From Octopus vulgaris (taxonomy: Eukaryota), in contig OX597823.1 of NCBI GenBank assembly GCA_951406725.2, positions 115,506,001-115,570,000 of the forward strand: DNA of 64,000 nucleotides, in the 5' to 3' direction. A program made the translations under genes and the position numbers. The number at the start of each line of letters is the position of its first letter. Within the stretch, counting starts at the first letter, position 1. Below are positions 1-11,872 of the stretch, piece after piece. The notes under the pieces are model-generated. The model was not told where the DNA came from. It did no database searches and saw only the letters and a program-made list of their open reading frames with translations.

Positions 1-668
1 ATTTGCCTCCCAACTACATGCTTCCAGGTTCAGTCCCAGTGCAAGGCAGCTTGGAAAATGTCTGCTACTATAGCCTCGGGTTAACCAAAGCCTTGTGAGT
101 AGATTTGGTAGGTGGAAACTGAAAAATGCCTGTTGTATGTACATACATACATACATACACATATATATATATGTGTGTGTGTATAATTCCAAGAGAGTTA
201 GAGGTTGTGAATACAACCAACTAAGGGATAATATCTATCCAATATACTGCTGCTAGGATAACCCAATTATTAATACACAAGTGTTTTTTTATTTGCATGG
301 CACTTACACTACTGAATGTAATAAATGGGTTAGGGTAAAAAGTTGTTTTGCCCTTAATTTATACGGCTATAAGAAAATGGAGGGGATGAAGAGGGGGTAT
401 TCATCAACTTTTACACATTATATTATGTCTATTTATTTATTACAAAAAAACAATTTTTGTCCTCTTTCCCCACCTGACAACTGGTGATGGTTTGTTTATG
501 TCCCTGTAAATTAGCAAAAAGAGTCCAATACAATAAGTACCAGGCTTAGAAAAAAAAAAAAGGAACAAAAATATATGTACTGGGGTTGATTCATCTGACC
601 TAAAATTCTTCAACACAATGCCCCAGCATGGCCACAGTCTAATGACCGAAACAAGATAAGACAAAAGA
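1..668 (+). mobile_element. Old SINE-A copy (head 1-183, tail 459-668) split by an unrelated ~270-bp insert
   Basis: Both parts match other SINE-A copies in the window (GGTTCAGTCCCA..GCCTTGTGAGT..GGAAACTGAAA; CCAGCATGGCCACAGTC..TGA.CGAAACAAG). Confidence 0.7.
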
Positions 669-1143
669 TACTAACAAAGGCAGGAAATACCCCCTCCACT
701 CATCTCCCCTAATCTTTAGGGTCATTATGTCTAGTCGAGTGGAACCCATTATAAATGGTGTTGTTTTTGATTCCACAGTCCCCATTTTATATTAGATATG
801 TTAATTTATATTCAGAACAAAAATTTTAACTTGTTTTTTTTTTTATCTTATTTGTTTTTTATTTCTATATTTCTTTCATTTTGTAAATTTGCTTTTGTGA
901 CATTTAAAAAAAACTGCTTACATTAGTTTCTCCATGACTGAATCTGCTTAGATATTTTTTACTTGATTTTTGCTTGAACTGTCCAAGTTGGTGATTGATT
1001 TCCAGTTGGGTGATCTCTCTATTGCTTAAGTACTCAACTGTGAAGTGTTGATGGATGGGTGCCTACCTCCATGTTCTGTCAAATGGTGCACTATGTATTT
1101 CCATATATTTCCCCCTCTGCGTAATCTTTTATCATATTTTGTG

Positions 1144-2100
1144 CTAGCAGAGATACCCGGTGTTGCTTGGGATTTAAATGGCATAGTTTTTATATATAGG
1201 TACAGTTAAGTTGAAGCATATTGTATAGGGAAGTGCAGCATTGGCGACAAACCAGTTGAGGAGTAAATGAAGGGCTAATTCAACTAAGTGACATGTCATG
1301 CATCTGTCTGGAAAATTCCAGACCCTAACCTTGTAATGGAAAAGTGGGGGGATGTAATTTTTGAATGCACCAAAAAGCTCGCAGTGGATATACTCCCTTT
1401 TTCAGTGCTTGATGTTGCCACTACCATGCATAATAATCAGCAGACATAGGACCTACATCTATGCGATAAATTAAGCCTGTGGGCCCACTCCTCAGCACCA
1501 CATGAAAGAAATGATATGGTAAGGGGGTGATTGGCAAGGAAGCACTTGGACACAACACTGTCATGCGATATTTCACTCTGGAATCAATAGCCATGGCTCT
1601 ATGATACTACGGGAACAGGCTATTATTGTCAACGCTTTGACAATGCAGTTTGAAGTTTACATCAGTTCATCCGTAATAGCAACCTTCATATAACATAGCT
1701 GTTTTTTTCAGTTTGAATAGAAGCAATGCGTAGACTATGCGGGCAGTTGTACATACCCAAGAAAAGGGGGTTTTCTGTCCCCAGGGACCCCATTAATCAT
1801 TGTGAAAAAATGTTAAGTTTAAAACCATCTCTGAAACATAAGTAATGCATGTTCCCAGTTTGAAGAAAATCAGTTGCGAATTTCAGAAGTTCTGCAGGTT
1901 CACACACACACACATACACACACGCACGCACACACACACACACACACACGCACACACACACACACGCACACACACACACACACGCACACACACACACGCA
2001 CACACACACACACATGCACACACACACACACACGCACACACATGCACACACACACACACACACACACACCTCCTCAGTTTTATATATATATATATATAGG
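1144..2100 (-). mobile_element. Non-autonomous Helitron with internal (CA)n tract
   Basis: The minus strand starts ~CTATATATA..AAAACTGAGG and ends with hairpin CCCAAGCAACACCGGG followed by CTAG, the same 3' signature as 16762-17154. Confidence 0.7.
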
Positions 2101-2277
2101 TAACTGTGTATTTAGTTTACCTATAATTCTGTTCTTTTGTGTTGTTCGTATATCATATTATCAGCCAACCCTCAGCTTAATATTATAATCTGTTTTAACT
2201 AAATCACCATTATTTAAAATAACTAACAGCAGTACATCATGTTGGGATTGTCACATGATGTAGTGCTGTTAATTTAA

Positions 2278-2478
2278 TCCTTTAGCATTTAAACCAGCCG
2301 TATCCAGCCCAAATATTCTACTGATTTTATCTTCAAACTCACCATATCTGGTCTCTTGCACCTAACCTACAATGTCATTCTAAAAATAAACAATCACATC
2401 ATTGAAATCTCAAAGCTGCAAGATAATACACAATTAATTCAAAGCAATGTGAATAAAAGTACTCTAAATTCTAAAGGG
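2278..2478. mobile_element. piggyBac-type MITE family 1
   Basis: TTAA at 2274-2277 and 2479-2482; TIR CCTTTAGCATTTA/TAAATTCTAAAGG; second copy near 62664-62938. Confidence 0.75.
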
Positions 2479-2741
2479 TTAATGCAAAACATCCAGACAG
2501 GTAAATGATGTTCTTGTCCCATTTTTAGGATTCCTTTATATATATATATACACACATACATGCATATATACATATATATACCTATACATATATATATCTA
2601 TATATATATATATATATATACACATACATGCATATATACATACATATATACATATATATACCTATACATATATATATCTATATATATATACATATATATA
2701 CACATATATATACACATATATACACACACACATATATACAT

Positions 2742-2776
<35 letters not shown>

Positions 2777-2937
2777 CATTTATAAATTGTTTTTTTCGTA
2801 ATGAGATAAAAAAAACCAACAGTGTGTAGATTTTAGAACATTTAGCACTTATTCAATATTACCTGACACCTTTGGGTCTCAATGACACCATTACCTCTCA
2901 TAACCTCCAAAAAAGAAGAAAAAAAATATATATAAAG

Positions 2938-3088
2938 GTCACTTAGCGGTTCGGCAAAAGATACCGATAGAATAAGTACTGGGCTTACAAAGAATAAGTC
3001 CTGGGGTCGATTTGCTCGACTAAAGGCGGTGCTCCAGCATGGCCGCAGTCAAATGACTGAAACAAGTAAAAGAAAAGAATAAAAAGAA
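2938..3088 (+). mobile_element. SINE-A 3' fragment
   Basis: ACTTAGCGGTTCGGCAAAAG...GACTGAAACAAGTAAAAG, as in full copies. Confidence 0.85.
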
Positions 3089-3289
3089 TATATACATATA
3101 TATACACCCACACACACACATATATACATAAAAACATGTATAGAAGTACAAACAAATGGAACAAAAGAACATACACACATAGAATGTTGTTACATCCTCT
3201 TCAGTTGTTGTTCAAACGATCGTAGCAATTTCGCACACTGTCTTATCTTACACACACACACACACACACACGGCGTGTGTGTGTGTGTG

Positions 3290-3535
3290 TTGTGTTTCCT
3301 TGGCTTAACAGTATGTGATAGTCGTAAATAAGTGTCACTGTCATACAAACAGTGTGTCCTTTCCAATATTCTGCCATATCATGTCTGGCTGTGTGGAAAT
3401 ATTGTTTTGCTTGGAAACAGGTGAAGTCTGGCAGCAGGAAGAACATCTGGCCGTAGAAAATTTGCCTCAATAAATCTCTGTCTATGCAGACACTGGAAGC
3501 AGACATTGAAATGATGACAGTGGCAGTGATGATTA
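3290..3535 (+). mobile_element. SINE 3' body with RTE-like tail (A2 type)
   Basis: Homologous to 18225-18420 and 42900-43130 (GGAAACAGGTGA..GGCA.CAGGAAG..CATCTG..GTAGAAAAT..GACATTGAAA.GATGA). Confidence 0.6.
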
Positions 3536-3910
3536 TCATTTAATAAAAATAAACCCCAACTAACTATTGGGAATCACTTCAACTGTATGCTCAGTCAAAT
3601 GTAGAAGTGGAGGGGTCCTCTTTTATAGGGCTTCCATGACTTGTGGGTGAAAGGGAGGAAAGAGAGGGCCTATGAATGGTAGCTGAAAGGGAGAAAGAAA
3701 CCATAACCCATAGCTTTTCCTTGGACTTGCAATCTGAACTGAATGCTTCCAACAAAGCAGACTCTTCCAAAGTTAGCAGAGGTCGGCATCAGTAAAAGCT
3801 TTTGTTGGTAAGGAATTTCATTTTGGTAAATTCAGATGTCATTTAGGAGAAGAAATTTCTGATGTTTCTGATAAAATTTCTTGTCAGAGAAAGAAAATAA
3901 ATCTCTTTAG

Positions 3911-4066
3911 CTTTACTCTCTTTTTACTCTTTTACTCGTTTCAGTCATTTGACTGTGGCCATGCTGGAGCACCACCTTTAGTCGCCCTTATTCTTTGTAA
4001 GCCTAGTACTTATTCTAGGCCACAGTCAAATGACTGAAACACGTAAAAGAGTAAAAGAGTAAAAAG
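3911..4066. mobile_element. Two SINE-A 3' ends in inverted orientation
   Basis: Minus-strand tail 3911-4016 is fused to plus-strand tail 4018-4066. Confidence 0.8.
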
Positions 4067-4129
4067 GGATAACCTTAAAAAATTATTTGGTTGCCCTTGC
4101 ATACAGGCTCACCCCTGCAACTCTCTTGC

Positions 4130-4330
4130 GGGCTCGTAGGTGCTGGTGCCATGTAAACCCACCCAGCACACTCTGTAAAGTGGTTAGCATGAGGAAGGGT
4201 ATATCTAGCCGTAAAAACCATGCCAGAACAGACAAGGAAACCTGAGCAGCCCTTCAGCTGCTCACTTTCCGTCAAGCCATCGAATCCATGCCAGCATGGA
4301 AAACGGACGTTAAATGATGATGATGATGCT
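4130..4330 (+). mobile_element. RTE LINE 3' UTR fragment
   Basis: GTGGTTAGCATGAGGAAGGGTAT..CCATGCCAGCATGGAAAACGGACGTTAAA(TGA)n, the same end as the ORF-bearing copy at 61238-62115. Confidence 0.75.
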
Positions 4331-4981
4331 TGGTAGTATATTATGGTCACAGAATGAGTACAATGTCCCTACAAGTAACTAATACACACACACAAACACA
4401 CAGCTGTGAATATGTAATTTGGAGTTGGCCGTAAACGGTTGATTAGGTTTTACACATTTCCAATAAAGACATGACACTATTTTTTTCTAATCCAGTTAAT
4501 ATCAGGATTCAATGGATTTCATTATTATCCTTGTAAATATCCTTTATTTTACTGATTTATTGGTTGATTATTTCTAATGATTAGCAAATATTTCAAGCCC
4601 TAATTTAATTAAGACAAATGATGATCCTATCAATATTACATTGTTGAACTACAACAGGCCTTGAGGAAAACAATGTTAAACAGCAATTCTATTTCGAGAA
4701 ATTTTTTTCCTCTCCCAAATAGCATTTTATTGATTTAAATTTGAATTAGTAATGTAAAATAATTAATTTTGAAATGAAAAAAATACAATTTCTCTTCTGT
4801 GCTTTTTTTCCTTCGCTTTTTGCAAAAAAAAACCAAAAAAAAAAAAAACCATTCAATTGATTGTGACTGAGATAGTTTCAATAAATAATGATCTAAAAAT
4901 GTTACATTGAAGTTTGCTATAACTTTCTAAAGTAAGAAATATTAGAAAATATAAAATTTAAAAACATTTTGCAAAATATAA

Positions 4982-5017
<36 letters not shown>

Positions 5018-5532
5018 TCACACTCATATCTAGTTTATTTATATTCTCAGAATTAATTCCATTCTTAGGTTTATTGCTTGAAAATGAAATTAGTCAATAA
5101 ATTTACTTCACTATTTTACAGTCGTACAATCAGTATATACAATACGTATATATATATATATTTCTATACACCTCTTTTTTTCCACTTTAAATGTCTTCTC
5201 ATACGATTGGATTTCTTCTATTCAGTATTTCCTATTCTTTATTGAAATGTCTCTTCACCTCATTGCATCTCCTTCCAATTATACTCACTAAGGATTACTT
5301 TATATTTCTTTAATTTCTTTTGTATTTTTACTGAAAGTTTGCTTCCATTACACAATATCCTCCCCCCGCCCCTCCTTCTCTCCTGCTCTTTTTCTCTTTC
5401 TTTCTTTCTTTTTGTCCCCACTTAATGTATTTTCTTCATCATGTTTCTTCTCTTTCTTTTCTTACTCCTCTCTTTGTTTCTATACTCTTTCCCCCTCTCT
5501 CTGTCTCAAAGTCTCCCTATCTTATAAATTCT

Positions 5533-5639
5533 CTCCCCCTCTCTATACCTTGTAATCTCCCCCTCTCTATACCTTGTAATCCCCCCTCTCTATACCTTGT
5601 AATCTCCCCCTCTCTACACCTTGTAATCTCCCCCTCTCT
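5533..5639. repeat. 24-bp minisatellite CTCCCCCTCTCTATACCTTGTAAT x~4.5 within a polypyrimidine region
   Basis: Tandem units start at 5533, 5557, 5581, 5604 and 5628. Confidence 0.9.
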
Positions 5640-6336
5640 CTCTCCCTCATTTCTCTCTCTATCACTCTATCTATCCCTCTCTTTCACTCTCTCTGTTTCC
5701 AGCTTGCCATACCTCTCTCACATTCTCTTCCTCTCACTTTCTCTCTGCCTCCCACCCCTGCCTTTTCAGCATTTTCACACCTAGTCATCCACACCCTGTC
5801 TCCCCCCTCTCTTCCTCTCACAGATTCAATCACACTCTCTGTTACATTTTCCCTCTCTCTCTCTCTCTCTCACATTCTCTCCTCCCACCTCTCTCACTGT
5901 TCTATATTTACCAATTCTGATACTGAAACGTATTTACAAAAGAACCGACCTTGCGCTCTTTCTGTCATTCCTATCCTTCTTCTTCTCTCCATGCTAGCCA
6001 TCCTCACGCCAGGATGTCCTTTATTTGTGCAGCCACTGTAAACCTGCCGCTGATGTTTTCGCAACTCACTTCTATTCCTATTTATAGTTTCTCCATCCAA
6101 TGGCACCGGCAAATATCCTAATTTCTTTACTCAACAACACTTCATCATCTTCATATTGATTTCCATTTCTGCAACAAAAGTGTTTACCTTCCTCAGACAT
6201 TACAATATGTGACAGTGATGTCAGTTATAAACACGTGAATTGTGTTGTTTTAACTATGAATAGCCTGTTTATTACAATCTCACTTCATCAGGTGTTCATG
6301 CTGTGTTAGACTCTGGACTTAGCACACCAACAGTCA

Positions 6337-7108
6337 ATGGCGGTGAGCTGGCTGAAACGTTAGCACGCCGGGCGAAATGTGTAGCCATATTTCGTCTGCC
6401 GTTACATTCTGAGTTCAAATTCCTCCATGGTCGACTTTTCCTTTCATCCTTCCGGGGTCGATAAATTAGGTACCAGTTACGCACTGGGGTCAATGTAATC
6501 GACTTAATCCTTTTATCTGCCATGTTTGTCCCCTTTATGTTTAGCCCCTTGTAGGCAATAAAGAAATAAGAAACGTTAGCACACTGGGCGAAATGCGTAG
6601 CGGTATTTCGTCTGCCGTTACGTTCTGAGTTCAAATTCCGCTGAGGTCGACTTTGCCTTTCATCCTTTCGCAGTCGATTAATCCGTCTGTCTGTCCTTGT
6701 TTGTCTCCTCTGTGTTTAGCCCCTTGTGGGTAGTAAAGAAATAGGTATTTCGTCTCTCTTTACTACTGAGTTCAAATTCCGCCGAGGTCAACTTTGCCTT
6801 TCATCCTTTCGCAGTCGATAAATTAAGTACCAGTTATGCACTGGGGTCGATATAATCGACTTAATCCATTTGTCTGTCTTTGATTGTCCTCTCTGTGTTT
6901 AGCCCCTTGTGGGTAGTAAAGAAGTAGGTATTTCGTCTGCTGTTACGTTCTGAGTTCAAATTCCGCCGAGGTCGACTTTACCTTTCATCCTTTCGGGTTC
7001 GAGAAATTAAGTACCAGTTACACACTGGGGTCGATGCAATTGACTTAATCCGTTTGTGTATCTTTGTTTGTCCTCTCTGTGTTTAGCCCCTTGTGGGTAG
7101 TAAAGAAA
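6337..7108 (+). mobile_element. SINE-B tandem tetramer with one 17-bp TSD
   Basis: Units start at 6339, 6569, 6744 and 6927; TAGCACACCAACAGTCA at 6320-6336 and 7109-7125; A-box-like TGGCTGAAACGTTAG and B-box GAGTTCAAATTCC. Confidence 0.9.
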
Positions 7109-7442
7109 TAGCACACCAACAGTCATCATATTCCCTCATTGGTAACGTACAGCAAGCTTACTTCAATATACAATATCTTGGGCACGTGGCTTCTAAAATT
7201 GCTATGGGCTGACCAAAGTCTTGTGTGTTGATTTTGTAGACAGAACCTGAAATAAGCCTGTCATGTGTGTGTGTGTGTGTGTATACATACAGGTCTGAGT
7301 GTGTATACATGCAGGTGTGTGTGTATATATACATGTGTGTGTGTGTTTATATATACCTGTGGTGTGTGTATATATATATGTATATTTATATATACATATA
7401 CCTGTGTGTTTATATATATACATATGTGTATGTATATATGTA

Positions 7443-7610
7443 GTACACTGTTGGAGTGGTTGGCATTAGGAAGAGCATCCAGCTGTAGAAACTCTGCCAG
7501 ATCAGACTGGAGTCTGGTGCAGCCATCTGGTTCGCCAGACCTCAGTCAAATCGTCCAACCCATGCTAGCATGGAAAGCGGACGTTAAATGATGATGATGA
7601 TGATGATGAT
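7443..7610 (+). mobile_element. RTE LINE 3' end
   Basis: GAGTGGTTGGCATTAGGAAGAGCATCCAGCTGTAGAAAC...GGACGTTAAA(TGA)n. Confidence 0.85.
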
Positions 7611-7616
7611 ATATAT

Positions 7617-8095
7617 CATCATTATCATCACCATTTAACGTCTACTTTTCCATGCTGGCATGGGTTAGATGGTTTGATTGGAACAGGTGAACTGGTGAGC
7701 TGCACCAAGTTCCAGTCTGGTTTGGCATGGTTTCTACAGATGGATGCCCTTCCTGATGCTAATCACTCCAAGAGTGTAGTGGGTGCTTTATACATGCTTT
7801 TATTTGTCGCTGGCACAAGTGCCAGTTATGTTACAACAGCATAGGCCATGGCTAGGATTTCACTCAGCTTGACGAGTTTCCTGAAGCATGGCATATCGCC
7901 AAAGGTCTCGGTCACTTGTCAATGCGTCCCAAACGTTTGAAGATCATGTGTCACCACCTCATCCCATGTCTTCCTGGGTCTATCTCTTCCACAGATTCCC
8001 TCCACAGTTGGAGATCAACATTTCTTTACGCAGCTGTCCTTATCCATATGCACCACGTACCCATACCAGCACAGTCGTCTCTCTTTCACACACAT
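7617..8095 (-). mobile_element. RTE LINE 3' end with decayed ORF C-terminus
   Basis: The minus strand reads ..VEGICGRDRPRKTWDEVVTHDLQ.., then the RTE 3' UTR and (GAT)n tail. Confidence 0.8.
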
Positions 8096-8728
8096 TGTTG
8101 TTATATGTTTAAAAAGCTTGTGTTTGTTTAAGCTTCGGCTTAAAGCTAACTTGTTATGCATTTCATACACGTATGTGTTTAGATATGAGTGTATACATAC
8201 ATGTATATATGTGTGCGTATATCATTTATGTATATGTGTGTGTGTGTGTATGTGAGAGTTCATCATTTAGATTTAACATGGGTCATCATGTGAGATCATC
8301 ATTCAGATTCAACATGGTTCCTCCCTGCTGGCAGGGGCCGCACGATTTTGACAAGATTCAACAAATCAGATCCAGCAAACAGGATCAGGCTAAAATGTTT
8401 ACTTTGGCATGATTTCAGGGGCTGGATGGCCTCCCTAATGCCAGCCCAATTTACAGAGTTTATTAGATGCTTTTCCTTGACCCCAGTACTATTGAGGTTT
8501 CAATATAACTCACAAAAGTAAAGAGCCCCTTGACTGAGGTTAAGTATTTTAGGCTGAGGGGAAGTAGTGTGGCTTTGTGCTAGCTGTTGAAAGATTAAAA
8601 TATGCTTGGAGAAAGAGGAACAAATCTCATCGGGATATACATAATTTTCCCTGGATGGGTCAGAGTAAATGAGCTGTAGCTGGAAAGAGAGCTAAAGATG
8701 ATGGTGACAATATGTCATAGAGTACCCA

Positions 8729-8958
8729 TTTCTTTACTACCCACAAGGGGCTAAACACAGAGAGGACAAACAAGGACAGACAAACTGATTAAGTCAATTA
8801 TATCGACCCCAGTGCGTAACTGGTACTTAATTTATCGATCCCAAAAGGATGAAAGGCAAAGTCGACCTCGGCGGAATTTGAACTCAGAACGTAAAGACAA
8901 ACGAAATACTGCTAAGTATTTTGCCCGGCATACTAACGGTTCTGCCAACTCGCCACCT
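8729..8958 (-). mobile_element. SINE-B, full length, 18-bp TSD
   Basis: TATGTCATAGAGTACCCA at 8711-8728 and 8959-8976. Confidence 0.92.
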
Positions 8959-9727
8959 TATGTCATAGAGTACCCACCTCCGAGATACAAGAAGGCGGGT
9001 GTGGGACTAAATCAAAAAGTGTGGGTGGACAGAGACTGCAAGAATGGACTGGCAGAGATTGCAAGAGTGTGAAGAAGAGTGAAAGATGGTTATAGATGGT
9101 ACCCCATGAATGTTGGGAGTGGTGGTTGATGGTATATATGAGTTGGGGAAAGGTGATAAGAATGGAGGATAGATTTCAAAGGAGTGATAATGGCTGGGGT
9201 ATGGAGAGGGTGAAGAGCTGCAGAATGATAATAACTATAATGCTAGATCACTCTTAAGTGCTACTGATAATATGTAACTTAGTACAACCTGTCACATGGT
9301 CAGGTTGTTGGTGATGGAACTGGAAACCCCACCAAGCTTGCTTGGTGAGGAGAGTGATTTGAACACCCCATGAGATGACAAACAAAACCTTTCGAAGTAT
9401 GGAGGAACTTACAAAAAGTCAACATCCATCCAGTAGTGTGTATACAGAAGGGTTAAATCTCAATGACAGAAAATCCTTGAATCAGGGTCAATGCCAAGTC
9501 ATGGTGGATGCGAAGTGAGGCATGTTGATCTTGATTCAGTGAAACTATATGATACAGTCTGGGGGAAGAATCTCTTCAGCCAATGGCCAGACTAGGGTCA
9601 ACCAATCCAGTTAGTGGATCACTGCCAGTTGATAGAACACTGGTGATTCATCAACTCACTTTTGCTACTTGAAAAAACTATCACATTCTGGAACCTTATA
9701 ATGTCACCATCTGAAGTTGGATGACTT

Positions 9728-9758
<31 letters not shown>

Positions 9759-9773
9759 AATACTGTAGATATA

Positions 9774-10180
9774 GGCATAGGAGTGGCTGTGTGGTAAGTA
9801 GCTTGCTTACGAACCGCATGGCTCCGGGTTCAGTCCCACTGCATAATACCTTGGGCAAGTGTCTTCTACTATAGCCTCAGGCCACCCAAAGCCTTGTGAG
9901 TGGATTTGGTAGACGGAAGCTGAAAGAAGCCCGTTGTATATATATATATATATATGTATCTATTTATGTATATGTGTGTGTGTGTGTGTTTGTTCCCCCA
10001 ACATCGCTTGACAACCGATGCTGGTGTGTTTACGTCCCCCGTCACTTAGCAGTTCAGCAAAAGAGACCGATAGAATAAGTACTTCGTTTACAAAGAATAC
10101 GTCCTGGGGTCGATTTGTTCGACTCAAGGTGGTGCTCCAGCATGGCCACAGTTAAATGACTGAAACAAGTAAAAGAGTAA
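9774..10180 (+). mobile_element. SINE-A full length (tRNA head, CORE-like CCTTGGGCAAGT, internal (TA)n(TG)n, (GTAAAAGA)n tail)
   Basis: A-box TGGCTGTGTGG, B-box GGGTTCAGTCCC; about 20 copies in the window; resembles the octopus OR-type CORE-SINEs. Confidence 0.9.
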
Positions 10181-10359
10181 GAAAATTATGAGAGGTAGGG
10201 AGATGGAAGGTGGTGTGGATGGGTCAAGGTTGTAAGAGTGTATATATAATACATGTATATGTGTAGAAGAGTATGTGTATATGTGAATGCTTATAAAGAT
10301 ATTCGTGTATTTGTTTTGCCAGATTCCTGATCTGAAATCGTTTAACGATGTGTCTATAA

Positions 10360-10885
10360 GCACAGGCATGGCCATGTGGTAAGAAGCCTGCTTCCCAACC
10401 ACTTGCTTTCGGGTTCAGTCACGCAGCATGGCACCTAGGGCAAATGTCTTCTATTTCTTTACTACCCACAAGGGGCTAAACACAGGGAGGACAAACAAAT
10501 GGATTAAGTCGATTACATTGACCCTAGTGCATAACTGGTACTTATTTAATCAACCCTGAAAGGACGAAGGGCAAAGTCGACCTCGGCATGATTTGAACTC
10601 AGAACGTCTTCGACTATAGCACTGGGCCACCCAAGGCCTTGTAAGAGGATTTGGCAGACGGAAACTGAAAGAAGCCTGTCGAGTGTGGCTGTGTGTGTGC
10701 ATGTTTGTGTGTGTGTGTGTGTGTGTGTGTGCATGTTTATATGTCTGTGTTTGTCACCCACCACTGCTTTTACTAGTCTGTGACTTAGCTGTTCGACAAA
10801 GCCAAAAGAGACTGATTGAATGGAGTATCGGTCTTGAAAAGAAAGTACTGGGTTTGATTCCTTCGGTTAAAAATTCTTCTAAAAG
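10360..10885 (+). mobile_element. SINE-A interrupted by a 5'-truncated minus-strand SINE-B (~10453-10605)
   Basis: SINE-A breaks at GTCTTC and resumes at GTCTTC after the SINE-B segment. Confidence 0.8.
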
Positions 10886-11448
10886 AAGTGTGCAGTGAAA
10901 TCTTCCCAAAGACAAAAAGATGCCAACGTGAGTGTCCCCATCTATGTTCAGTCAGATTAAGATTCACTGAATCCATTTGCTTATCAGCCCAGTGGCCACA
11001 TGTCTCAACAAATAACTGTCATATTTGTTAACTGCTTTATTGTAAAATTCCAATTTTCCTGTCATATGTTCACACACACACACACACATACACATACTCA
11101 CACATGAACACACATACACACGACACATGCATATATTCATTGATGCACACACACACACACACACACACACACTTTGACACACATACACACACATGAACAC
11201 ACATACACACGACACATGCATATATTCATTGATGCACACACACACACACACTATGCCAGCTACTCAGCTGCTATTTGAAAATGTTCTTAAAATAATAACT
11301 CTGAACTTATTGTTTACAGTGCTCAGGTGCAACACGAGTTGTTGGAAAAAGGTTGAAAGTGGGGACAGAGAGAGGCAATAAGTCAAGCAAGGAAAGACAG
11401 CAACGATAGAAATTCAAACACTAATTCAAAACACTAATAAACAATATA

Positions 11449-11872
11449 GGCGCAGGAGTGGCTGTGTGGTAAGTAGCTTGCTTACCAACCACATGGTTCT
11501 GGGTTCAATCCCACTGCGTGGCACCTTGGGCAAGTGTCTTCTACTATAGCCTTGGGCCGACCAAAGCCTTGTGAGTGGATTTGGTAGACAGAAACCGAAA
11601 GAAGCCATTCGTATATATATATATATATAGGTGTCTGTGTGTATATGTATATGTTTGTGTGTCTGTGTTTATCCCCCCCCCCAACATCACTTGACAACTG
11701 ATGCTGGTGTATTTACGTCCCCGTAACTTAGCGGTTCAGCAAGAGAGACCGATAGAATAAGCACTAGGCTTACAAAGAATAAGTCCTGGGGTCAATTTGC
11801 TCGATTGAAGGCGATGCTCCAGCATGGCCACAGTCAAATGACTGAAACAAGTAAAAAACAAAAAAGAAAAGA
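11449..11872 (+). mobile_element. SINE-A full length
   Basis: GGCGCAGGAGTGGCTGTGTGG start through GACTGAAACAAGTAAAA end. Confidence 0.92.

Noticed and set aside
5894-6112. 72-aa minus ORF in GC-richer unique DNA
   Set aside because: Non-ATG start, no recognisable domain, no convincing splice pair
6262-6297. Hammerhead-like CACCTGATGAAG on the minus strand
   Set aside because: No helix II or GAAA follows
6337-7108. Repeat array superficially like CRISPR
   Set aside because: Units are 175-230 bp SINE copies without unique spacers; no cas genes; eukaryotic context
8127-8144. TTTAAGC-TTCG-GCTTAAA UUCG tetraloop hairpin
   Set aside because: A 7-bp AT-rich stem is expected by chance in 64 kb; no supporting context
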